DNA of 64,000 nucleotides from Lama glama (lineage: Eukaryota). The position numbers were made by a program, and so were the translations under genes. The DNA lies in NCBI GenBank assembly GCA_028534125.1, contig CM052833.1, positions 5,208,001-5,272,000 of the forward strand. Reading direction: 5' to 3'. Shown here piece by piece: positions 1 to 14,340 of this stretch. Within the stretch, counting starts at the first letter, position 1, and each line of letters opens with the position of its first letter. Below the pieces are notes generated by a model, which worked only from the letters and a program-made list of their open reading frames with translations, was not told where the DNA came from and searched no databases.

Positions 1-1169
1 AAAAATCCCCCAGTCTTCTTTGTAAAGGAATGATAACTTCTGAATAAGCAAACCAAAAACAGAAAAGCAGAATTAGGACAACCCCAAAAGCCATTCAAAG
101 CAACATGGTAACTGCAGCATCTTCTCTTTTTCTATGAACACATGTTTAATTACCACAGGCATGCCTGTAGTCTACAGTAGCACCCTCTCTCCCTGAGGAA
201 GTGGGGATGTTTAGCCAAGCAGTCCAAACAGGCATATCAAATATCCATCCATAAAAGCTGCAGACTGGAATACGCACATTTCTATCCCATCTACACAAGC
301 AACATGGCGCTTTGATTGATTGTAAGCGTTCCAAACAGCTCTGTCTTATCAATTGTTGACAACTCATGAACACAAAGTAGCAGAAGCCTGGAAATACTCA
401 GAATCCAAAAAGCAAGTGCAGTAATAGATGGACCAGAATAAAATTATATTGAGAAAAATCTTCTGTTACTACGTAGAAGGGAATTAAAACTTACCAAACA
501 TATTTTCATTTTAAAAAATTCTAGGAAATCATGCATGATCATATGGTTAATTTTTTTTCCAACAAAAACCATATGTCCTTCTGATAATTTATTATATCCA
601 TACACCTGTTTTTAAACCACATAGAGAGTACTTCTTTCAGTCTGGCTTTTTCAAATAGAGTTTAATCATATACTATACATTTCATCAATAACTTGAAGAA
701 GACACACAGAACATGATAAAAAAAAGTTATTCTCTTTATATCCTGTCTACATGAAAATTATGCAATTTAAAGTGTCACCTGAAAAGAGGAAAGGTACCAT
801 AAAATGTCAAGAATTTCACTGCAGTCAAATAGATTGCCAATATCACATATCAACATTCAAATACTCATATCAGCTTTGCCAAAATTATTGGCTTTTTTTT
901 TTATTGTAAGATACAAGTTTAAACCAGAGGAACCTACAGTGTTTAAAAACAGGCAACAGCACCATAACCTTATTTGTTCACAGCTAATTTGCCAGAGACT
1001 ATTGGCATGCATATATTTAATGGAATTCCCACAAAACTGGTAGATTCCTTCTGATTAAAACAAATAGTTAAATAGGATGAAAAATACAACTTGAAATGTT
1101 AAAAAGAAGCTTCTAACTCTGAATGCAAACCAAAGTCATCACTAAGGACCAGCAAATTAACATCTTGAG

Positions 1170-1320
1170 GAAGATTATTTACTTAACAAATATTTACTGA
1201 GTACCTTCTGAGTGGCAGGTGCCCTGCCCTTAAAGAGCTCACAGACCAGCAGGAAGACAAACAAGGACAAATTTACAGTATGGTGAGGTCAGTGCTACAG
1301 GAGACCCACCTGGCACACAG
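1170..1320 (-). mobile_element. L2 3' end fragment
   Basis: ttaacaaatatttactgagtacc ... ccctgcccttaaagagctcacag. Confidence 0.6.
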
Positions 1321-3339
1321 AATGAAGGACCATCTCCCCACCCTGGACTTGATACAAATGGCATTACTTTAAAACAATGGCATTGGAGTGATGACGAGAA
1401 AGACCCAATCTTCTCTTTTCTGGAAATGCTAGGTACAGTGGTGGATTGTCTGTGGGAGGACCACTAACACGACCTCTCTTTCACAAAGACCACTAGAAGG
1501 TTATGGCCACATTAGTAACTTTCACGGTCATGTCCTTGCATTTATGCATATCACAAGCCTGCCATTCTTAAAAAACCATCATTAATAAATACCTAGAAAT
1601 GAAATAGCTATATTTGACCTTACGATGATGGAATTTCTAAATGTCAGTTTACTTAAGAAAAATAGAGTTTTACTTCATTTACTCAGCTACCATAAATACT
1701 TGGAAACTATTTAAGAATTTGGAAGGGAGCAAAATAGTACATTCAGTAGGAAAAATAAATGTCAGAATCTGCTCCCTAAAGCAATATACACAGCATGTAG
1801 GAAAGCTGAAACTCACTCAAGATCTACACACAACTTCTATTTTAGAGATGACACTAATAAGCAAACAAGACAACAAGGGGAGAGTGGTCACAGATATACC
1901 AGCCTTAAGTAGCTGCCACAACTGACAGGGGGGAGGATTCAAATAAACAGAAATGAGAAGATGAAACACGGAGTCTGATGCCCTTGGAACAGAGCAGACT
2001 TCACAGAATAGCACTTAAAACAGAACTACGATCTCTTTCTTTGCTTGTTCTCTTTCCTATTTAGCTTGTGAATTCCTTGCAGGTACTTTCAATAGAACTA
2101 CACAGGTCCATCAGCACTTGTAACAAGAAACATTTTTTTTTAAATTATTCACAAGAGGACATAATAAGGGGGGAGGGAAGTGAAGAGAGGGTTGTATTTA
2201 GAGGAATAGGTTATGTTTTCCATTTCAGTGGTCTTACCCTTTTAAAGAAGCTGTTTTCTGTTTTGTTTGTTAACATGTACTTAAAGCCCTTTAAACACAC
2301 CACTCTGGGAAGACGAGCATCTTGAAAAACTTTGAAAAAAATGCTGTTACAATAACAAGTGTAATTAAAATGCTGTTCAAGGCCATGGTACAGGAATTTT
2401 ATATCTCGAGGTACTTAACAACTGATAGTAGCCTACTCACTCCTGGGGAGAAGAATATCTAATGAACAAATTTCAAATGTCAGCTTACAGGAGATGCTTT
2501 TTATGTCTGCACTGGCAGATTCCTGTGGCTCAGAGCCCACAGTCGAAAGGAGTTGATATCCTTAGATTCTTACCCTCCTCTTTTCTTTTGGTTGTAGCAC
2601 AAACATCTTCAGTGCTTTCAAAATGGCATAAATATTTTCAGGGTTTCTGACAGGCAGTGAGGAGAAAATTAATTTCCAGTTGTCCCCGTGAGATGCCTCA
2701 CACTGACATCTGGTATAGAAGAACAGGCTCCGCCCCAGTAGAGCCGTTAGGTTCTGTCAGTGACTTCCCTCCCCACTGTTTGCGGGGGAACAATTATTGC
2801 AAACACTGTAGTTACAGCAGTCTGGGCTCTTTCTTCCGAACAGGCAGAGAAGGCCTCCAAGATAGAGATGAAAAATTGCGCCTAGGTGTCCTAGGTGTCC
2901 CCACTAAATCGTGATGTTCGTGGATCAAACGTGCAAAAGGTGCATGTTAAACAATTAGAAGCTGACGTGACTCACACGGAACAGCACCAGGAGTTACAGG
3001 TTACACCAATGTTTTAGGGACAGTTGGCCTTGGAAGGACATTCATTTCTCACAGCAGGTTCTATCCTAGTATCGGATGGGAAGGTAGCTCAGCAGATTTA
3101 GTTTCCATCAAGCTGAGACCACTGTCTTCTCAACAGCTTTTAGGTAGACAACTTCATACAATTAAAAAAATTCACCCTATGGGACATGGATGATTAGATA
3201 CTCGGCTCTATGGTTATTTTATCCTGTAACAAACTGCTTTTTCTTTTTCTCTCCTTGAGTAATAACATTTATATGGCCCTAAGTGTCTGGATAAAGCCCA
3301 AACTGCAGAATTCATAACTAAATAAAATAAAAAGGACCA

Positions 3340-3755
3340 TCACAGATAAACAAAATGTAGTCTATCCATACAACGGAGTATTATCTGGNNNNNNNNNNNN
3401 NNNNNNNNNNNNNNNNNNNNNNNNNNNNNNNNNNNNNNNNNNNNNNNNNNNNNNNNNNNNNNNNNNNNNNNNNNNNNNNNNNNNNNNNNNNNNNNNNNNN
3501 NNNNNNNNNNNNNNNNNNNNNNNNNNNNNNNNNNNNNNNNNNNNNNNNTAGTGGTTGACAGGGGGCTGCCAGGAATAGGGAATAGGGGGTGACTNNNNNN
3601 NNNNNNNNNNNNNNNNNNNNNNNNNNNNNNNNNNNNNNNNNNNNNNNNNNNNNNNNNNNNNNNNNNNNNNNNNNNNNNNNNNNNNNNNNNNNNNNNNNNN
3701 NNNNNNNNNNNNNNNNNNNNNNNNNNNATTTCAATGAAATCGTTATTTTTTTAAG
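3340..3755 (+). mobile_element. L1MB-like 3' end, partly in N gaps
   Basis: gataaacaaaatgtagtctatccatacaacggagtattat ... tagtggttgacaggggctg. Confidence 0.65.
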
Positions 3756-4192
3756 GCTCAAGAGTTGATGAACGATGCTCCAAGCAGAATAATTCTAAAT
3801 ATAAGAGGACTAAATTTTCAACCACGTTTGTTGGAACTTTGAATTTTATCAGAGTGAGCTCATCTTTCCAACCTGGGATTTAAATACTAAGCTTATAAAA
3901 ATGTTTCTCTTTCACTACTCACCTTCAGAGACAAAATCTCCTCTTGATTTTGAAGAAGAAGAGTAACTCCAATTAGGGGCTAATTCATTCAACGCTGATC
4001 TTTACTAATGAAGTAGATTCTATACCAATCTGTCTAATGCAATTTATTAAGCAAACAGGTAGTTCCAAGGAGATCTTGGGTCACCCAAATATTTGGCATT
4101 CAAAAAAGAATTTGTATTTAGTTACTTAATTCACAGTCAACTACATCAAAATCTAGATGTACCTATTGCTTTGCAATTAGCTGCAATTATTA

Positions 4193-4315
<123 letters not shown>

Positions 4316-7129
4316 CTAAAAAATAAAAATAAACATAAGATTTCGAGATTACTGCATGGAAGCATACAAAACAAAAATGTGTGTGAATCATGCAATGTCT
4401 TCTTAAAATTTTAAAAGGGAAGGGGTCGTTATGTCAAAATTAGGTCCCATCACACAGATCATGTGTCCAAAGTGAGAATGTACTATTTTCTGGACATTTA
4501 TGGCAAATTCGGCAACATATAGGGGTCATTCTGCAAAAAGATGTCACAAAGGCATACACACCAAAAAAAGAAATGTGAAATCTAGAAACACCAAGTTAAC
4601 AAGTGCACATAATTTCCTTTATCAAGAATTGCTAATATTTTATTTTTAAAGTCATGTTTTCAGGCTGTTAAAATGTTTGCTAAATTTCCAGGGCCTTGGA
4701 AACATGAGCCTGAATACTATCAGTAACAGAGAACAAAGTGCTGGTCAGAAATAACCTCCCTGGATTCATATTTTGATCAACTTCCTTTGTATTTAAAAAA
4801 AAAAAATCCTTAGTGGCCAAAATGGGAAAAAAGCATACAGAAACCCAAGTATCTCTCTACAGTGTGTTTTCCAGTTCAGCTCAGTTTCCTTTGTTTTGCC
4901 TTTTCCAATTCATTTCAAGTAAACCCCTTCCTCTTCCCACGCAGCCCATCTCAGTTTTATCAACTGAGTCCTATTTTCTTTCTATCCCCTTCTGTCCTAC
5001 TTATTTGTGAGTGGAAGGGAGTTTTTTTTAAAACAAAGCATGGGGGATACATGGGACCTAGTTAATTATTTCCACAGGCTTTTTAGACAGTCAGCCCTGG
5101 AAATCAAGCTCCTTTATTCATCCAGGGACTTTAGAACGTCATGAAAGCAGTGAACAACAGTGCCCACACTGCTCACCAACAAGGTCAGTAGGGACCCCCT
5201 CACCTTGGGTACAAGAAACAAGTCTACACGCATCTTCACAATGACCTTCTCCAAGAGTAGCTGGCACCTATGGACATTTTCTGTATGGGATTTTTTGCAT
5301 GAGTCACGGCCCCAGGTAACAATGATTCTAGAGCTCTATTTTATGATTATTCACCAGAATGATGATAATTATTAAGAATTAACAGGGTCACCCTAAAACT
5401 TAAAAATTGAAAAGGTTTCCAAATATATTCAAAAATAGCTCTGTGATCTCTTCTCCTACCAATGGCTAAATTTCAGCTGGGTCACTAGCAAGGCTTCTGC
5501 TCATCCCAGTTGCCCAGTGAGTTACATGCAGCCTGCCCACCTCACCACCAGGACCCCTTCCCTGTTCTTCCCTTTCTAATTCCCAGGACATGTTCTCGTC
5601 CTTCCCAGTCTGGACCAGTCCCTTAGTTGCAGTTGGTCAATTCTTTAAAGAACAGAAATATGAGCTACACTGGAAAGAGGGCATAGCAACGAGTCTGTCA
5701 ACGGGAAAGAAGGAAAACTGTCCTCACTGGGGAGGCTACTGGAGAGCTGAACTGAAAACTGTGGGGGGTGCTGGGGGAAGAAACATAGGCATAGCTGTAC
5801 AGGGAAGAGGACTAAAGCATAGAAATGCTGGTTTCAAAAAAGGCAAGGAGGAAACTGCAAAATAGAGCTGGAAAAGGGGAAAGATCACATCACAAGGAAA
5901 GGTGGGAAAGATACAGACATGAAAACAAAAAAGCTGACAATTTTTAGAATAAGAAGAACTGTAAGTAGAACCGTGCATACTTATGAATTACTGAAAGGAG
6001 ATGCCGTGCTCATGTGGACTAGATACGGGGGGGGCATCACCCCAAATGACAGGCAATGCTGGGGACACTAATGTCTCTCACAGAAGACAAGGGCAGAAGG
6101 TCAGCAGACACAGACACACACAAGTAAGTGAGCAAGGAAGAGGGAGACTGGTGGGGAGAGGCACGGGATGGCACAAAGAGGGGGACAGCGGAGAAAGGAG
6201 AAGGAGGAAAATTGAGCTGAACTGGGAAGGTCCAAAAGGCCAACTGATTCAGTCTAGAAAGGGCTGAAGAGGAAACTCCAGTGTACTAGGTGACGTTTTA
6301 ATGGAAAGTTGGGTGCACTTGAAAGCGGGGTTACNNNNNNNNNNNNNNNNNNNNNNNNNNNNNNNNNNNNNNNNNNNNNNNNNNNNNNNNNNNNNNNNNN
6401 NNNNNNNNNNNNNNNNNNNNNNNNNNNNNNNNNNNNNNNNNNNNNNNNNNNNNNNNNNNNNNNNNNNNNNNNNNNNNNNNNNNNNNNNNNNNNNNNNNNN
6501 NNNNNNAGAGGCAGGAAGGAAACGATGAAGCCACACAAAATACCAGAAGCCACCCTCAGTTCTTGCAAGACAGAGAAAGGAGACAGAGAAGGAGAGCTTC
6601 CTGGATGTGAACGAGCTTTACTGAACTGGCTGTATGGACATTTAGAGAACAAAGGAAAGAGAGAAATTACTTTCATGGAACAAAACAGTGATGGCATCAA
6701 AATAACGTGACACATGGCAGAGACATGAATCAGACCCGCAGGCAGCCACACTCAAACGTGACAGCGGGAAGAAGCCACAGTCCAGGTGGAACCGCAGCCC
6801 CAGATATTAGACTAAGTAACTGCCCGCTGCCCCGACATCCAGATGTCCCCCATACGTCCTGCAAAATTATACTTCTTGGATTATCGTTCATGACATTTTC
6901 AAATATGCCTGACGTTTGAATATGTCTTCATGGTTACATCACACTTATTTTGAATTTAACATGTTCCTCCAATTGTTTTCCACTTTGTACCTACCTCTTT
7001 ACAAATAGGGGTCAATGATGCAATAGAGCAGGGAAGGGAGTGGGACTATTCACAATTTTTAAGATTACAGATCATAATAAGATTTTTCTAGAAAGAGGGA
7101 CAATAAATATTTCAGATAATCAAAACAGG

Positions 7130-8050
7130 TTCAAATGGGCTTGGGCCATAATGATCCAATTGTGACAAAACAGGAAATCCAATTTTAAAGTTTGCCTTGG
7201 ATAATTATTATTTAAGATAACCTTGTTTTCTGATAGTGAAAACTGAAAAAAAACACACACTCATGCTTATATCATAACAAAATGCACCCATAAGCTTACA
7301 ACCAAGAATATTAACCGGTGCTAGTATCTGTGTTTTCCTTCTAGTTTTTTCTAGTCATACATACTTTTTAAATATAACTATAATTATGTAAAGTACATGT
7401 GCACCTTGTTAGCTATCTTACTTTTTCTTCATGTAAATTTTTCAAACTGGGCACCATAATTAACACTTAAATGAGGATAGGTATTTACATGGTTTTAAAA
7501 ATTCAATTAATAAAAGCTAATTTCCAAAGAATATACTGAATGTAACATTCGTAAGAGTATTACTGAGTCAAAGGATGTCAGCTTTATCATGTCTCTTGAT
7601 ACACTGCCAACTATTTCCAGAAATATTTTAAAAATTTATACTCTCATCAAGCAGAACTGAATCTGCCTCTCTCTCTCCATAATTTCGTTGGTATTAAACA
7701 TTATCTTTTTAGTAATATTTACCAACTTAATAGGTCAAATAAGTGGTAATTCACTGTTACTTTAATTATACTTCTGTAAATACTAATGAGAACAAAGAAA
7801 AATTTTTTTCAAGTGAATATCTTACGGGGTATGACATGGGATATTTCTGCTTTTCTTATTAAAGAAAAAAGCTATTTATATAGTAAGAATAATATTCATT
7901 CTTTTGCATATTAATAATAAGATATTTATTCCTTTTGTTGCTTTTTTTTTAGATATTTAGGGAGATACGCAAAGTTTTCTATTTTCACATAAACAACTCC
8001 ATCAGACTTTTCCATTGGGAAAAGCCTACAAATATTTCTTGCAAGTCTTT
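7130..8050 (-). mobile_element. Ancient L1ME-like fragment
   Basis: Degenerate antisense L1 3'/ORF2 motifs (gtattactgagtcaaagg, aatttatactctcatcaagca). Confidence 0.5.
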
Positions 8051-11000
8051 TATGTTTGCATTTTTTTAGTTCATCTTGCACCAAGGTGAAGCACTAACTG
8101 AAGCCCTCACTGCCTATTAACAGAAGTCAAGATTCCCCAACATAATCTGTCTCATAAGCCAGCTGAGGCTAGTGAGGCATTCTCAACCCTATACTAACAT
8201 TAGGGCAATGAAAATTCTTTTCGATATGAAACCAACATATAAATGTGGAAAATCAATATCTAAAATGCACAAAAGCAGAGCTGTCATTCAAGGTGGAGAT
8301 GAGAGTGCTCAGAACCCCCATACCTACTCCCCCCAGTGGCCAAGGGCACTTCTGGGAAGTTTCAGGGTCTCTGAAATAAACTGCAAACTGCTGTCCTTGG
8401 GGCTCATCCAGGAGTCCTGCCATGTCCCCCTGATCTTTCAATCAATTCCTGGGCCAGCATTACCCTGTTTAAACTGCTGTAATATCACAACACTCTTCAC
8501 TGTCTAGGTAGGACATCACTCTCATTATTCTTTCTTAAATTTTTCATTATTCACCTTTTTATATTTCCAGATGAAATTTAGACTGGAATTAAATGAGACA
8601 TCTAATTACATTTTTAAGAAATGTACACACGTTGTTCCGTATGTTTAAGCTTTATTTTATAAACTGTAATAAGCTTTTTACTAAGTGGTTTATATTTTTG
8701 GTTGCAACTGTGAATACACTTTTTCATGTAATATTCTCACACTTTACTTCTAATACATACAAAAGCCACTGAACTGTGATAATTATTATCTATATGAACA
8801 GCTAATTGAATTCTTAATAGTTCTAATAATACAGAAGCACAGAACCATGTTTCTATAAAGACTATGAATTGTGTCTCCGTCCAATATCTTTGTTTTCTTT
8901 TTTCTACACTATTTGCTTTGGATAAAAAGTGATCTTTTCTAGTCCCTTTCAAAGATTTTTTTGCTGAAAACTGAGCTGCTTTATAATTTATTTCCTCAAA
9001 AACAGGCCCTTAAAACTGCTATTTTCCTAAGAATATCCGTAGCTAGAATTATTAGAGCTTGCACTGCCAAGAGAAGGCTGTAATTAGAAACCACTGGCCA
9101 GATATTACTGTCCCTTCTATACAAATCAGAGTCGGTCACAGTGTTCAATCTTTACATAAAATGTCCTTTCTTTCTTTGTAAAACAAACTGTTCTCCTGCG
9201 TGAGAGCTGTACTTGTGATTCCACTTGATTCTCCCTCTCTGAGAGCTGGGTCTTATACACTCTCATGCTTCTGCCTCATGCAATAAGTCCTTTCAATTCT
9301 CAACTACCTTCTTCAGCATGGCTACACCCAACAGGTTTCCAATTCAGCACTGCTCTCCAAAAAGGGGGACTTCCATGGCTAAGGACACAAAGCATACACA
9401 TAATCAGCAGCCTTCCCAGCAATGGATTCCTTTGTATTTTTTCCGAGGATGTGAACACATGTGCAGAATTGGCAAAGACACTGCTGGATGTCACCTTCTT
9501 TACTGATGAAACTAACTATATCAACGTCCATCTCAAAGACACTTAGATTCATGCAACTCTGAGGCAAGACAGACTCTCGTCCCAGAAACCTCCTCCCCCA
9601 GACTTCCACATGCCCCAGTGGGAGGAGAAAAAACCTGCAAAAAAGGAGAGCAATAAAGGTAAGAGAAGGAAAGATATGTTTGCCAAATCACTGAGGACAC
9701 AGGCCCCATTAAGAATGTATTTCTCTGTTTCAGGCTTGCTCTTTCAGCACTTTTCTGGTTCAGGAATGCCATGTCTCAAACATTATAAAGCTCACGCAAG
9801 ATTTCTTTGGTGCCGGTCAAACAAAAAAGTCATTTCAAGTATCCCTAAGACAAACACATTAGACCAGTGTTCATCTAATGGTTAAAGTTTTGGTCCTTCA
9901 GGCCCTAAAGAAAATTTTCTGAGCTTACTTATTTAATTGCAAAATAAAATGACTTCCACAATTCAAAATCACGTCAATGATACATGTTTAGATTTGTGGA
10001 ATCCTAAATGAATAACAAACACTAGGCCCTAAAACAAATGAGAAACAAACACCAGACATTACAGTGTCTTCCCTTAATCCAAACTGGCAGCTCGCTATAA
10101 TGTTTAGCTATTTAAGATCTCACGTATTAAGTAAATGACTTGAGGCTTATAAAATTTATAAACCATTATTCAGCTCTCTATAATTAGAGTGTTTACATAC
10201 AACATATAGTATTTCATTTGCTTACAACATATACACATATATATATGTCTTTTTAATTTGACTCTTACAACAGCTCAGTGAGGTGCACAGAAGAGGCAGG
10301 ATTAACTTCCTCTGAAATGCATGAAGTTGAAGTAATTGGTCCAAGGTCATAAAGCCACTAAGTAGAAAGACAGGACTTGTATACATGATGATATTGATGG
10401 TGACAATATTTAAATACAATGAGAGCTGCTGATATTTACTGGACAACTCTACCATGCTAAGTCTCCGGAGGTTTTACTTGTATTACAACAGACACCTGGA
10501 CTCATATATTTAATATTCCCTATTTCCATCGTTCTTGAGAAACCTCAAAGATCCTTGTCATTTTGATGAAATCTGAATTTGAACTGCTGCAAGGATTCAG
10601 ATGAGGAAATAAATCACATAAAAGGTGACAGCGCCTTGCCCATTGCCCAACATCTGCACCTCAGTTAGGTTGTTCTCTGCTCCTCACATATGTGGTTACT
10701 AATTAAGGGTTCAAAGATGATACTTAGAATTGTTCTATTCTACTCTCATGCATGCATTTTATAGGGAAATTATATGCTGTAGTGGTATTTGTGAATGTGT
10801 GACTTAAAAGATGCGGAGATTTTGTTACAATAGCCTTGAGCATCAGGCCTACTTCACCCAGAAGGAAGGCGCCTTCAAGAAGATAAAATGTCCCCAAGGC
10901 CTGGCAGTCAGGAAGTGATGGGCCTGGCCAACACTGCAGCTTGCTCCTTCTACTAAATTACATTGCCTCTCATCATGAGCACAGGGGTTTTACAGAAGAC

Positions 11001-11334
11001 ACTGAGGGCCTACAGTCAAGGTACCACATGCAGTATCTACCTCACAATCCCCACTTCAGCCATCTCAAATCTAACAACAATCAGATATTTCCTTGAACTC
11101 TCGGATAACAGTTCAGACTGTACTTTCGCTTGGTAGCACCTGTCAAACAGTCATTAATTAGCATTCTCTGTTTAATGATCCTCTGCCTGGTACAGTGCAA
11201 GCCTCATGAGATCGAGGACCTCGGTCCTCATTCACGTTTATATCGCCAGGTTATAGCACCACTTGGTAGGCTTCGATAAAGATGAAGCCCAAGTTAATGT
11301 TGAGTTGCCGTATATTAGGAATTTTTATAGAATA

Positions 11335-11550
11335 ATAAAGAAGGTTATGAGCTTTGGAGTCAGATGACCCAGGAAGCCCTACTCATTAGCTGTCTGATCT
11401 TAGATAACATATTTCACCTCCCGGATTCTCAGTTTCTTCATTTCCTCATTTATAAAAATGTTGTGAGGACTCACTGAGACAGTGAGAGTAAAGCACTTAT
11501 AATTTCAGCATGCCGAATGACTGCGCATAGCAGCACGTGCCAATAAACAC
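11335..11550 (+). mobile_element. MIR SINE
   Basis: gctttggagtcaga ... ctcagtttcttcat ... gttgtgaggact. Confidence 0.75.
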
Positions 11551-12366
11551 TGGCTAATACTACTGGCTGGGTAGGAGTGCTCCCTTTGAGTACAGCCTGG
11601 AAACATAATCTTTTCAACACAAAGAAGAGAGCTATAAAAAAGTGATGGACATTACATGTGGTCCCTCTCTGAGAATTCCTGTGTAAACTGCATGAGGGTT
11701 TCTACAAATTAGGTTAGACACATATAGCCACCCCTCGTCGCCTGATCATGGCCAAATTTATTCCACTGTGGCTTCAGACATAAACCTGCACCGTGCGGTG
11801 CCTGGTTTCATTACCCCCCGAGTCTCTCTCTCTGTGTTTAGCAAGAGGGATTATGTGACACGGCACTCTTAGACATTGCGCTGTTACCCAGGAAGAAAAG
11901 CACCCTGCGGGGACAAATTATCCTGTTATGGTTGTGTTACAAATCAAGTAAAAATAGAGAAGATCAGCAGAAACAACTTACTTCCAACAATGTCTGCTTA
12001 AAGACAAACTTTTGAGCAACTGTGACATATGGCATCATAGAATATCCATCAGAAGGAAATTCTGTCTTACAGTCAAGTTATTTTGGTTGTCCAGCTTCAT
12101 AAAAACTGAGCACAGCTGAGAGTCGAGAAATGGCTTTTTGAGGCCCAGAACAGCTCAGAGTGATCACTATCTGAATGTGCAGATACAATTCTGTGCAACT
12201 GAGAGGTGACTTCTGATTTCCTGTGGGATTTTGGTGACCTTGTTCTACCTCAGTAAGTTTCTAACCTTTACAAATGGTTGACATTCCTTTTATACACAGA
12301 AAGAAAACAAAGTGAGAGACAACTAGAATTTCTATGTTCTAAAAAAGGTAAAAGAGAAATATTAAT

Positions 12367-12604
12367 TGGGTGGGAAGGGATAGACTGGGATTTCAAAATT
12401 GTAGAATAGATAAACAAGATTATACTGTATAGCACAGGGAAATATACACAAAATGTTATGATAAGTCACAGAGAAAAAAAATGTGACAATGAGTGTGTAT
12501 ATGTCCATGAATGACTGAAAAATTGTGCTGAACACTGGAATTTGACACAACATTGTAAAATGATTATAAATCAATAAAAAATGTTAAAAAAAAGAAAAAA
12601 GAAA
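12367..12604 (+). mobile_element. Young 5'-truncated camelid-type L1 3' end with A-rich tail and TSD, antisense to ASXL3
   Basis: L1 3' UTR (tactgtatagcacaggg...tgacacaacattgtaaaatgattataaatcaataaaaa), A-rich tail, and 16-bp flanking repeats aaagagaaatattaat (12351-12366) and aaagaaaaaaattaat (12605-12620). Confidence 0.88.
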
Positions 12605-14089
12605 AAAGAAAAAAATTAATAATTATTTAAATGATGATGTATGTGAAACCTGTTTTTAAAAGTCCAACATCTCTTTAATGAAAAAGAAATGTTACAGAAA
12701 TTCACAGATAGTCTATTCAGAACCTACTAATTATTAAAACGTTTCTTTTGTGCATCAAATAAAAAAAATCTGCTTTCCTATTACTTCTAATACTACAGAG
12801 ACCTAGTTTTTGCCTTTGAACGTGACAAACATTTAATATTAATGTACAAGCACTTTCCTACCATGAAAGCTTAAAGTAAGGTAATTGTGTTATAAAGTGG
12901 GGTCCAAAAATTTATTCCCGAGATATACTGCCACCTGTTTGAAAACACCGTTAGGGGCCCAGCCTCCCTTTCAACCCAGGCTAATGGATCCTCAGTTTCT
13001 TCCATCAATCCTAACAGAAAATATCTTACAGACACTGCCTCCCAATCACCCTTCTTTGAATATTCTAGGGTTTGCCAATGTCACTTGTAAAACACAACAT
13101 CTTTAAGAACTATATCAATTGAAATAAATCACCTAAATACCTTTGATAAATATTCTAAATGTAGTCTGACTGAAACGTAACATGTATAATAAAACTACTA
13201 TTTCGCTTTTTCTAACTCGTGTAATACATTACTGTGACCTAATACAGTGCTGGCTCTTTTTCAGCAGTCCTCACACTGTCAATCAACTAAAACTTCCAGA
13301 TCTTTCAGCATTTGCTTCTGACACCACATGCATAATTCTGTGGTGTATTTTCCAAACTTGGCTGGACATAAATGTATCTTGAGCATGCTAGTGTTTGTTT
13401 CAATCCATTTTTGCAGGCTCTGAAATCCTATTATTCCCTGATATTTGATTGTTGAAGGTAACAGCTAAACTCTGTGCTATCCACAAGTTTTAGAAATATC
13501 TTTCTTGGTTAAATTTCATCTTTTTAGGTGTGGGTTGTTTGTCCAAGCTTATAAAGTTCTTTTGGAGTCATTATTCTCTTGTCCAACTGTTCAGTTTCCT
13601 TTTTTATTTCGTGGTAGCCACGCATTTGACAAGCATGATTTGATGGATTCCTCCAGGTTATTCATGACAGCTGAACAAGGCAATGGAAAACAAAGCAACA
13701 AACTGTGTGGCTGCCACTGGGATTTCCTTTCAGAATGATACTGATTAGCCAATCAATATACTTTGTCTATAGAAGTTCAATCTGCTAAAAATTCATTTAA
13801 TTATACTATCGCCCAGTTCATATCTGTCCATCACTTTTAAAAGAGTTCCACAAGAGACTATGCCAAATGACTAGCTGAAATGTAGCTCCAACAAGCACAT
13901 CCTCCTGCTGTATGTCTAATAATCCTATCAAAATAAAGTAATTTAGTTTGACATGAATTAACTTAGAGAATCCATAATGCCTTCTGGGGATCACTACTTC
14001 CATTTCTGTTTAATAACACACTCCAGAATTTTACTGAGAGTTGAGATAAAGCTCAACAGTCTGTGATTTCAAAAAATGTATTTCCCTCT

Positions 14090-14340
14090 TTTTACAATAA
14101 TAACAATTAGCAAATACACAGCAGTTACTTTGCATCAAGCATCATTCTAACGTGCATATGTAAACTTAATCCGCCTAACAACTACCTCATCATATAGAGG
14201 AACTATTATCATCCTCATTTTACAGATGACACATGAGGTAACTAAGACGCAGAGGTGTTAATCTGACTCTCCCAAAGTTACACAGCTACAAAATGGTAGA
14301 ACCCAGATTTGAACCCAGATGGTTCAATTCTGGGACAATG
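14090..14340 (-). mobile_element. MIR SINE
   Basis: ctattatcatcctcattttacagatga ... gatttgaacccag. Confidence 0.75.

Noticed and set aside
2881-2900. Short tandem duplications (cctaggtgtc x2; similar at ~37667 and ~62008)
   Set aside because: Ordinary slippage duplications with no recognisable motif.
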